This document shows positions 17,002-25,033 of a stretch of 44,928 nucleotides of DNA, piece by piece. The stretch is from an uncultured Gammaproteobacteria bacterium. Lineage in GTDB: Bacteria > Pseudomonadota > Gammaproteobacteria > Steroidobacterales > UBA11654. A program made the position numbers and the translations under genes. Location: assembly GCA_964008355.1 (NCBI GenBank), contig CAXGBD010000002.1, positions 1 through 44,928 on the forward strand, given 5' to 3'. Under the pieces are notes generated by a model, which was not told the DNA's origin, ran no database searches, and saw only the letters and a list, made by a program, of their open reading frames with translations. Position 1 is the first letter of the stretch; each line of letters opens with the position of its first letter.

Positions 17002-17871
17002 TTACTTAAGCGGAGGTGCCGGAGTTTGTTCTCTTGCATAGTATTCCAGACTGGAAATGCTGGGTCCGTAATCTTCCGTTGGGGCGCTGAGCATATGTGG
17101 ATAATTTTCTTCAGCGAATTGCCTGATATGCTTTGGAATGATATCGATTGAATTTGATTTAATCATGGCTCCAACGTATACACAATGACCAGGTGTATCT
17201 CCCATTAACATCCAAGGTAGCCAGGGTGTTATGCGACTCCAGGTTCCATTGTAGTGCACTGAAGTTAATTCAGGATTTTGTAATTCGTCTAATGATACAA
17301 AATAGCGCATCATTTCAGAGACTTGAGCCATTGGACCTGATGATTCTCTGACCCACTTATCAGGTTGCAGCGCATTGGGATAATAAAGGTGCATATCAGT
17401 ATTTAAAACCACGGTATCACCTATTATTCTCCAGGGGAAAAGCAGAGGAATTTTGATTGGCTGTTGTTTTTCCTTTCCTGGAAAATCTTCAGGAGCAAGG
17501 ATCAGCCACTCACTGATCGTATAATTAAAGGGATCATTGGCGACGTGAACGACATTAACCACTTCTTCTGTCCAGGGATTGGTCCATTCATGAATGATTT
17601 CACCGCTTCGAGAATTGGTGTAGAAAATAACCTCCTTATTTAATCGACGAATCGTACCGTCCTCTTGCTGAGGCAGCAGTCGGGTACACAAAAATGTTTC
17701 AAATCCGCACAATTCTTTTACAGCCTCACCAGGCTTAACACCAAGAATTTGGCCATTGACATAACTAATTGATTCATTCTCTGAGTTTAAATCACCCTGG
17801 ATTCTAGCCCAGGCGTCTCTGTTCCATGTATTGGATTGAAAATTTATTTCATGTTCAAATTCAATGGTCAT
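17002..17871 (-). CDS. DUF1838-like protein of unknown function
   Basis: The core EVIFYTNSRSGEIIHEWTNPWTEEVVNVVHVANDPFN resembles my recollection of DUF1838. There is no signal peptide. ATG 17871 follows AAGGAG. Confidence 0.45.
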   Translation of the reverse strand: MTIEFEHEINFQSNTWNRDAWARIQGDLNSENESISYVNGQILGVKPGEAVKELCGFETFLCTRLLPQQEDGTIRRLNKEVIFYTNSRSGEIIHEWTNPWTEEVVNVVHVANDPFNYTISEWLILAPEDFPGKEKQQPIKIPLLFPWRIIGDTVVLNTDMHLYYPNALQPDKWVRESSGPMAQVSEMMRYFVSLDELQNPELTSVHYNGTWSRITPWLPWMLMGDTPGHCVYVGAMIKSNSIDIIPKHIRQFAEENYPHMLSAPTEDYGPSISSLEYYAREQTPAPPLK

Positions 17872-17884
17872 TCTTTTCTCCTTG

Positions 17885-18412
17885 TTAACGCGATTCACGC
17901 ATGATGTAATTAATAATTAATTTTCTTGTATCTGGATCTTCAATTCCTTCCATTCTCATCCTATTTCCAGGAATAAAATCTTTAGGATTGGACATGAAAG
18001 CATCCAATGCCTCTGGTGTCCAGATCAACCCGTTATTTTTCATCTGGATGAGTGCATCAGAATATGTGAAATTGTCAGAGATACCTGCAGGTTTAGCAAA
18101 AATACGATATAAACTTGGAGCCATTCGATCTCTATCATTAGCTTTTATTGAATGACAGAATCTACACTTGCCCCCATCCCAGTTGGAAAAGGCATCTGCT
18201 TCCATTTGCTTTTGTTCATCGCTGATCATTGGTAGTTCATTGAGATAATAATCTGGCAGATCCAGATTGGCAGTTAATTGCTTAATCTCATCTGGGGTGG
18301 CATTGGTTGTATTGGTCAATGGATAGGCACCAAATATTAGGTAGGGCAAATAACAAGATACTGCTAGTAAAATTAAAACCAAAAGCCAGTCTTTTTTCTT
18401 GCCAATTTTCAT
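17885..18412 (-). CDS. Membrane-anchored class I c-type cytochrome
   Basis: N-terminal TM anchor WLLVLILLAVSCYLPYLIF, heme motif CRFCH, and a distal PGNRM Met ligand as in cytochrome c2/c550. Confidence 0.8.
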   Translation of the reverse strand: MKIGKKKDWLLVLILLAVSCYLPYLIFGAYPLTNTTNATPDEIKQLTANLDLPDYYLNELPMISDEQKQMEADAFSNWDGGKCRFCHSIKANDRDRMAPSLYRIFAKPAGISDNFTYSDALIQMKNNGLIWTPEALDAFMSNPKDFIPGNRMRMEGIEDPDTRKLIINYIMRESR

Positions 18413-18431
18413 TGCTTACCCATCTTAATAA

Positions 18432-18953
18432 TCAAGTGAAAATATTAAATCGCCAAACCCGGTAACGGATCATATGATAAATACCTATGAGTACAATAAA
18501 CAAGATGATAGCGATATATAAAAATGCAAATACACTGTGAAGATAACCAGAAAAAACCCACAGAGCATGATTAACAGATTCCGAGCTCGATTGAAATTGT
18601 ATCAACCCGTCAGACCAAGCGGTAACCACACCGGTAAGCCCCTGAGCAATGAAGGAACAATAAAGAGTAAACTGAAGAACATGCAATTGATTGAAAGCTT
18701 CTTGTGGTAATTTTTGTTGTTTGTTTTGAGGAGGGAAGTGCCACCAAATATAAACCCTGAGAAAACTAAATGCGAATAAGATGGAAGCAATTGCCAAATG
18801 AAAACTTCTTAACGAAGCCCTTTCAGGTGATTCGATCGGAACTCTAGGGGCCACAGACATGTTGATGAAAACCACAATGAATAGTACAAGAATTAGCCAA
18901 CTTAATAACGTGGATGTCTTATCTGCTACTGTTGTTTTTTGTAAGTGATCCAC
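18432..18953 (-). CDS. Cytochrome b561 (CybB-like) membrane protein
   Basis: Four TM helices with His residues placed as in E. coli CybB (RSFHLAI, QLHVLQF, VNHAL...YLHSV). The position of the first CybB HW motif reads SW. The GTG start lies 2 nt after the upstream stop. Confidence 0.55.
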   Translation of the reverse strand: MDHLQKTTVADKTSTLLSWLILVLFIVVFINMSVAPRVPIESPERASLRSFHLAIASILFAFSFLRVYIWWHFPPQNKQQKLPQEAFNQLHVLQFTLYCSFIAQGLTGVVTAWSDGLIQFQSSSESVNHALWVFSGYLHSVFAFLYIAIILFIVLIGIYHMIRYRVWRFNIFT

Positions 18954-18955
18954 GT

Positions 18956-19741
18956 TTAAAGATTTTGCATAAAGGTTTTAAAAGTGTCGACAATCGTTGC
19001 CGAGTCTAAGTCAGTTTCATAATTCTTGCCACTGATTTCTTTATAGGTTGCATCTGGTCTGAGTTCTTTTGCTACGTTAAAAAACGGATATAAAACATCA
19101 TCTGGGGCACACATTATCAGCATGGGGCAATCAATTTGCTTAAAAAGGCTTATGAAGTCCTGCTCCCAAACCGATTCGTGTGCTTGGTGTACTGAATGAT
19201 AAGCTCTCAAGGTGTCCAGCGTTTCTCTGTGGTGCAGTTCAAGGTGGCCTCTTGCTCCAAGGATATCTCCCACTAAATTCCACGCCATCATCAAGTGGCT
19301 GCCGTCATCGACTGGACTCCAATCTGCACCCATAGATGCTCGCATGACCTCTTTTTCTTCTACCGTTGCGGCAAAGGGACCGATCATGGTTATTGAGGAG
19401 ATTAAACTTGGGTATTCATTGGCAATTTCGACTGCCATACAGGATCCTGTGTGGTGGCCAAAGAGGTGAAGTTTTTCCAATGAGAGAGCTTCAAAAATTT
19501 GTAGCAACCAATCGCAATATTCTTTCATAGTTGGGGTATTGACAGGGTCAAAACTTGCTCCGAAACCGGGGGTATCAATAGCATACATGGAGTGTTCATT
19601 TCCAAGTTGATTCATTATTGCTTCAAACATCCTTGAAGAACTGGGAACTTGATGCAGGAAAACAATCGGTAAGCCTTCACCTTCAACAAAGCGGATATGA
19701 CACTGTCCCTCAGAAGTATCAATATATTTTTTTCTAATCAT
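18956..19741 (-). CDS. Alpha/beta-hydrolase-fold protein with a non-canonical nucleophile elbow
   Basis: Fold markers VFLHQ, DTPGFGAS and an elbow reading FGHHTGS instead of G-x-S/D-x-G. The start overlaps the MFS stop (ATGATTAG). Confidence 0.7.
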   Translation of the reverse strand: MIRKKYIDTSEGQCHIRFVEGEGLPIVFLHQVPSSSRMFEAIMNQLGNEHSMYAIDTPGFGASFDPVNTPTMKEYCDWLLQIFEALSLEKLHLFGHHTGSCMAVEIANEYPSLISSITMIGPFAATVEEKEVMRASMGADWSPVDDGSHLMMAWNLVGDILGARGHLELHHRETLDTLRAYHSVHQAHESVWEQDFISLFKQIDCPMLIMCAPDDVLYPFFNVAKELRPDATYKEISGKNYETDLDSATIVDTFKTFMQNL

Positions 19742-21068
19742 TTATATGCACCTCGTCAGGTTGTAATTTTGATTGAAACAGCATACCAGGGGCTCTTATT
19801 CTGACAATAATTGTAGCCAAAAGTAGCACACTATGCATTCCACATATGAAAAGGAATGGACCTGAAGGTCCCAGTTGATCAAATAGTCGACCCCCCAAAG
19901 CGGTCGCTGTTAGAATGCCTATTGCTCCAAAAAGCGTGCTGATACCTATAATCGAACCCCGTTGTTTAGCAGGAGCTTCTTGCCCGATCAGGCTACTTGT
20001 GGCTATGACGGTCCCAATGGCACTGCAGGAAACTAGAATAAAGAAGGGTAGATTGGAATAATTCAATGGGGAATCGATCAAGGCCATAGAACCATAGGCA
20101 ATGGTTCCCAAAGTCATCGCCACAATCATGCCGCTTACCCGATTGATACGGTCAAGTATTGCGCCAAAAATAAAAGCCCAAACAATACTCACTAAATTGG
20201 TTACAACAATAACCCGGACAACTAGTTGGATCGAATCGGCTGCAGACAATCCCATCATTGCTCCACTCTGTATCGCCCATAGTGAGATAAATATGCCATT
20301 AACTGAAACATCTGCTCTTGCCAGAAACGTTGTCCCAAACGAGAGTGCGATTCTCGGGTTCTTAAATGATTGTATGCCGACTGTAACCAGCTCTTTTACA
20401 GAAGGTTTCTGACTCAATTTTTCCGGAGTTCCGCCTTTTAATCCCAGTTGAAAAATCAGTCCAGAAATCAGGAATACAATTCCAACAATGATCATTGTAT
20501 ATCGTCCAGATGTAACTGGATCGAGACCGTTGTTGGTAAAGTATTTGGGAAGTTGACCCAGTATAAAAGCGAAGACAGCAACACCTAAGGCATTCAATAC
20601 CGAGTGCATGCTAATAAACTTAGCCCTTGATTGTTCCTTAGGATAATCATTGACGATGATTGCAATCGTTGAGGCAAGTGCAGCTGCACCTAAAGCAAAT
20701 AGGGCCCGATACGCGAACAACTCACCTGTGGATGTCGCGAAGGGATACAAAGCAAAACCAATGGCCGAAACCACCGTTCCAAAAACCATGACTGATCGCC
20801 TGCCTATCCGATCTGCTAGGATGCCAAAAAATGCAACGAATAATATTGCTATAATTTCTTGAATAAAAGCTAAATCCCCACTGATGGTTCCTTGATTGGA
20901 TTTCGGGATAGCAAGATTCTCCGTGAGTATATATCCTTGAATGAAGTTCATTCCAGCCAGTACTCCAATACAAATAAAGCAGGCGTAGAAATATGTAATG
21001 ACATTGAACCGAGAGATTCCTGGTGCCAATTGTATTGGGCCGAATTTATTGTTCAAATCTTTCTCCAT
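19734..21068 (-). CDS. MFS transporter (type X, paralogue of 5137..6447)
   Basis: 444 aa with GPIQLAPGISR and ADRIGRRS, collinear with the 5137..6447 product. Confidence 0.8.
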   Translation of the reverse strand: MEKDLNNKFGPIQLAPGISRFNVITYFYACFICIGVLAGMNFIQGYILTENLAIPKSNQGTISGDLAFIQEIIAILFVAFFGILADRIGRRSVMVFGTVVSAIGFALYPFATSTGELFAYRALFALGAAALASTIAIIVNDYPKEQSRAKFISMHSVLNALGVAVFAFILGQLPKYFTNNGLDPVTSGRYTMIIVGIVFLISGLIFQLGLKGGTPEKLSQKPSVKELVTVGIQSFKNPRIALSFGTTFLARADVSVNGIFISLWAIQSGAMMGLSAADSIQLVVRVIVVTNLVSIVWAFIFGAILDRINRVSGMIVAMTLGTIAYGSMALIDSPLNYSNLPFFILVSCSAIGTVIATSSLIGQEAPAKQRGSIIGISTLFGAIGILTATALGGRLFDQLGPSGPFLFICGMHSVLLLATIIVRIRAPGMLFQSKLQPDEVHIND

Positions 21069-21096
21069 GCTCTAGTAGGAATCGCCTATGAATCAT

Positions 21097-22164
21097 TTAC
21101 CAGTAATGCACCCAACGAGCATTTTCCAGAAATTTTTTGTATGCGTCCTGTTTATTTTTAGGTAGGGTTTTTAGATACAGTCCAGAATCATATCGTTCCT
21201 GATATTGATCAAATACAGGTTGGTATAATTTCAAATGCAAATCTGGAATTCGATGTTTTTCTCTGAAGGCTTTGATTGGAATGGAAGCCGCTATTTTTGT
21301 CTCAAAAACCCCAGCCTTTGCTATTTCTAAGCCTCTAGGACCAAATATCGCAGAACGCCCTGGCCCTCCATAATTTGCATCGTCAAAAAAACCGGGGTTG
21401 CGTTCCCCAGTATTGATTGAGTTGTTGGCAATTAATGTATACAGACTGTTATGGTAGGAGGTGAGTCGCATATCCTCATATTCAAATCCACCGGTTGCAA
21501 CTCGGCAAATAATTTCAGCCCCCTTAAAGGCCATACATCGAAATAACTCAGGTTCAAATTGAACAGCCGACATGGCGATGTTTCCAATATCAGTTTGAAC
21601 AACAGGAATCACCTGATCTTGTCCATACATTTCTATAAAACGATCATAAACATCATATATGGAACTGGTGTACTGTTCTGATCCTGGAAATAGGCCACGG
21701 ACATTTCTCTGTTTCCAATGTTTTGCAACAACATCACCATCAGGGCCCATCATCACCATTAAGTGTAGGATGTGTTCAGGCCAATCAGGATCCTTGGCGT
21801 ATGTTCCGAAAACAATATAGCAGCCGTGTTCTTTGCATTTTTTTCCTATTTCTTCAGTTTCTACTCCCGGGACCTCGATGGCTACTTTGTAGTGCTCTTC
21901 CTTAGACCAATTACTGAATCCGGTGATGGGGAATTCATGAAAGCATATGAGATCACTTCTACCACCAAAGCCTTGAGTAATATCGATGCATTCCAGCAAG
22001 TAGTCCAAGTTTTTTCTTATGCCTTTAGGAGGATTTTTTCCATCTACACCCTGGACTCTGGTTTGGGCAATGGCGATCGAGATCATGTCTTTTTTTAAAG
22101 GAGCAGTGGAGTAGGTTCCATCTGCACGGACCATAGCATCTTTCTCTTTGTTTTCTGAGGGCAT
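21097..22164 (-). CDS. Carbon-nitrogen hydrolase, aliphatic amidase/formamidase-like, with Ser at the catalytic Cys position
   Basis: ICFHEFP (Glu), KHWKQ (Lys), and IAMSAVQFEPELFRCMAFKGAEIICR aligned to AmiE [29 protein letters not shown]. ATG 22164 (MPSENKE) follows AGGAG. Confidence 0.75.
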   Translation of the reverse strand: MPSENKEKDAMVRADGTYSTAPLKKDMISIAIAQTRVQGVDGKNPPKGIRKNLDYLLECIDITQGFGGRSDLICFHEFPITGFSNWSKEEHYKVAIEVPGVETEEIGKKCKEHGCYIVFGTYAKDPDWPEHILHLMVMMGPDGDVVAKHWKQRNVRGLFPGSEQYTSSIYDVYDRFIEMYGQDQVIPVVQTDIGNIAMSAVQFEPELFRCMAFKGAEIICRVATGGFEYEDMRLTSYHNSLYTLIANNSINTGERNPGFFDDANYGGPGRSAIFGPRGLEIAKAGVFETKIAASIPIKAFREKHRIPDLHLKLYQPVFDQYQERYDSGLYLKTLPKNKQDAYKKFLENARWVHYW

Positions 22165-22340
22165 AAAGCTGCTCCTAGGACACATTAAATTATTTGAGAC
22201 TATAGCATATATATCAGAGTTTGTAGTTGGGCCTAATTATTCACATTCATTGAATCTTGCAGTCAAAAAGAGAAGTGAGAATGACATAATTCAGCCCGGT
22301 ACAGGTAAGCAAAAACGCATAAAATAATCTTATTGTTATA

Positions 22341-23810
22341 ATGTGGAGTGTGGGAAAACCGATTACAACTGGTCAAGAGTATATTGAAAGTTTGCGAAAT
22401 CGTGAGCTTTCTGTATATCTCTTTGGCGAGCAGATCGATGATCCAGTTGAACACCCCATCATTAGACCTTCTATTAATGCGTTAGCAGCAACCTACGATC
22501 TTGCACAAACAAACCCAGATTTAGCTGCTTCTGTTTCGCCTTATACCGGCGAAAAGATTAATCGATTTCTACATATTGCTGAGAATGCAGACGATCTTAT
22601 TTTGCAGAACAAAATGCAGAGAAAATTAGGTCAACTAACAGGTACTTGCTTTCAAAGATGTGTTGGAATGGATGCTATTAATAGTCTGCATTCAGTGACC
22701 TATGACATGGACCAAAAATATCAATCAGATTATCACCAGAAATTTTTATCCTTTCTTACCATGGTGCAACATGGTGGGTTTGTTATCAGTGGAGCAATGA
22801 CTGATGTCAAAGGGAATCGCAATTTATTGCCACATCAGCAATCTGATCCTGATCTTTACGTCCGAGTTGTGGATCGCAATGAAGATGGAGTTTTTATCCG
22901 TGGAGCAAAAGCCCATCAAACGGGGTGCATCAACTCGCATTGGTTGATTGTAATGCCAACATTAAGATTAACGGAAAAAGATAAAACATACGCTATTGTT
23001 GGAGCCATACCGGTTGATGCCAAAGGGATTACTTATATATATGGCAGACAATCGAGTGAAACCAGGCATATGGAAGAATCAACGATTGATACAGGCAATC
23101 AAAAATTTTCGGGACAAGAGGCATTGGTTATTTTTGAAAATGTTTTTATTCCGAACAAGTTTGTTTTTCTAGATGGTGAATATGAATTTGCTGCACCTTT
23201 GGTGGAACGATTCACTTGTTATCATCGAAGAAGTTATGTCTGCAAATCAGGGGTAGGGGATGTTTTAATTGGTGCCGCAGCTACTATTGCTGAATACAAT
23301 GGTGTCGACAAGGCATCACACGTCAAAGACAAGCTGACGGAAATGACACATTTGAATGAAACAATTTATGGGGTTGGCATATCTTCCAGCCAGGAGTCAG
23401 AAGCCATGCCATCCGGTGTTTATATGCCTAATGATATGTTGGCCAATGTTTGTAAACATCATGTAACAAAATTGACTTATGAAATCGGAAGACTGGCACA
23501 AGATCTAGCAGGGGGTTTGGTTGCAACGATGCCATCTGAGAAGGATTTAAAACATCCTGAATTGGGTAAAATTATTCAGAAATATCTCAAGACTAAACCG
23601 GATCTTGACCCTGAAGATCGTGTGCGCATACTCCGTCTCATTGAAAATATGACATTGGGACGCAATGCTGTAGGATATTTAACAGAATCTCTTCACGGTG
23701 CAGGCTCTCCACAAGCACAGAGGGTTCGAATTGCACAACAAATGCAATTAGACTTTAAAAAAGAATTGGCACGTGCCCTAGCCGGAATTGTTCCAGAGCC
23801 AAAGGTGTAA
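22341..23810 (+). CDS. abfD: 4-hydroxybutyryl-CoA dehydratase / vinylacetyl-CoA delta-isomerase family
   Basis: Collinear high similarity to remembered Clostridium aminobutyricum AbfD (YIESLR, HPIIRPSIN, GAMTDVKGNR, RGAKAHQTG, GRQS, GQEALV, ASHVKDKL.EMTHLNET, HGAGSPQAQR). Cluster-ligand motifs CFQRCVGMD and YHRRSYVCK are present. Confidence 0.85.
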   Translation: MWSVGKPITTGQEYIESLRNRELSVYLFGEQIDDPVEHPIIRPSINALAATYDLAQTNPDLAASVSPYTGEKINRFLHIAENADDLILQNKMQRKLGQLTGTCFQRCVGMDAINSLHSVTYDMDQKYQSDYHQKFLSFLTMVQHGGFVISGAMTDVKGNRNLLPHQQSDPDLYVRVVDRNEDGVFIRGAKAHQTGCINSHWLIVMPTLRLTEKDKTYAIVGAIPVDAKGITYIYGRQSSETRHMEESTIDTGNQKFSGQEALVIFENVFIPNKFVFLDGEYEFAAPLVERFTCYHRRSYVCKSGVGDVLIGAAATIAEYNGVDKASHVKDKLTEMTHLNETIYGVGISSSQESEAMPSGVYMPNDMLANVCKHHVTKLTYEIGRLAQDLAGGLVATMPSEKDLKHPELGKIIQKYLKTKPDLDPEDRVRILRLIENMTLGRNAVGYLTESLHGAGSPQAQRVRIAQQMQLDFKKELARALAGIVPEPKV

Positions 23811-23818
23811 CTGTTGAT

Positions 23819-24931
23819 TTAGTTCTTCAGCAGAGGAATAGGATCTAATACCCAATTTTTCTCAGTGTTTCTAGCTGGGCAAGGAACAGAATATGCGGTT
23901 TGATGTTCCTCTTCTTTCAGTTTTTTTGTATCAATCTTAAATCCTTTGCTTTTGAATCCTGCCAGTGTTTTTCGGTATTCGCCAACAACAGCATCTGATG
24001 GAACCAATATCTCTTTGTTCATGGTTGGAGGGGTAACAACGGGTTGAGTGACATTTAAAATCGTAATGTCTTCTTTGGCAATAGCAAGGTTTCTCTCTGT
24101 AACCATCGCATCCATAGACTCCTCCATAAGCCAGTTACGCATGTTGACAAAAAATATCTGAGTGTGAAACTCATCAATTGGTTTTTCGAAAAAATATTGA
24201 TGAAACCAACCAGTTTCTTTTTTGGTATGAATTTGTGTAATCAAAGCATTAGGACCATGGTATCCGCCTAAAACTTCGAGTTCACCAGACTCATCTCTTG
24301 CAGTCTCACCATAGGTTTTCTTATCCAGAGGAGGAGCATCAAAGACTTGAGAAAAATTTGCTCCCCATTGAGTTTGAGATATTTTAGTAGGGTTGACTTT
24401 GTAATCGTTTTTTACACCTGAGAATCCATGGGTTGGATGGACAAATTCATTGTGTGCCGGATCCAATCCATTTTCAATGGAGCGTTCATAATTATAATCA
24501 ATATCGATGGTAATAGTCTCATTAGCACGCCATCCCTCAGCTTCATATTCCTCAATTTCATAGAGTCCTGGTCTTTCTTCCTCGGAAAGATCACCCAGAA
24601 AGGCAAAAATGATGTCATATTTTTCAATCACTGGATAACTATCAACCTTCGCTCTTGCTGGAGGTTTTTCGTTGTAACCAATAGATGGCACGGTAATACA
24701 TTTTCCATCGCCATCAAATTGCCAACCATGGTATGGACAGGCGACTGCGTTATTTAAGCATTTTCCATCACCTAGAGAACCTCCACGATGAACACAGACG
24801 TTACTAAGACAGTGGGCTATGCCTTTCTGGTCCCTGAAAGCAACAAACTCAACACCAAGTATTTTTCGCTTGATCGGTTTATCTTCCAGTTCATTGGTTA
24901 AGCAAACGGGATACCAAAAATTGATATACAT
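23819..24931 (-). CDS. Rieske non-heme-iron oxygenase (subfamily B)
   Basis: CVHRGGSL...CPYHGWQF plus ENGLDPAHNEFVH. 370 aa. Confidence 0.85.
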   Translation of the reverse strand: MYINFWYPVCLTNELEDKPIKRKILGVEFVAFRDQKGIAHCLSNVCVHRGGSLGDGKCLNNAVACPYHGWQFDGDGKCITVPSIGYNEKPPARAKVDSYPVIEKYDIIFAFLGDLSEEERPGLYEIEEYEAEGWRANETITIDIDYNYERSIENGLDPAHNEFVHPTHGFSGVKNDYKVNPTKISQTQWGANFSQVFDAPPLDKKTYGETARDESGELEVLGGYHGPNALITQIHTKKETGWFHQYFFEKPIDEFHTQIFFVNMRNWLMEESMDAMVTERNLAIAKEDITILNVTQPVVTPPTMNKEILVPSDAVVGEYRKTLAGFKSKGFKIDTKKLKEEEHQTAYSVPCPARNTEKNWVLDPIPLLKN

Positions 24932-25033
24932 TTATTTTCCCCTATTAATCTGATCCAGATTGATTATATTCGTATCAGGCTAATAATTTAAGCCGGATAA
25001 GTAATTATTTGTAACAAGCATAGTGAGTTGTGA

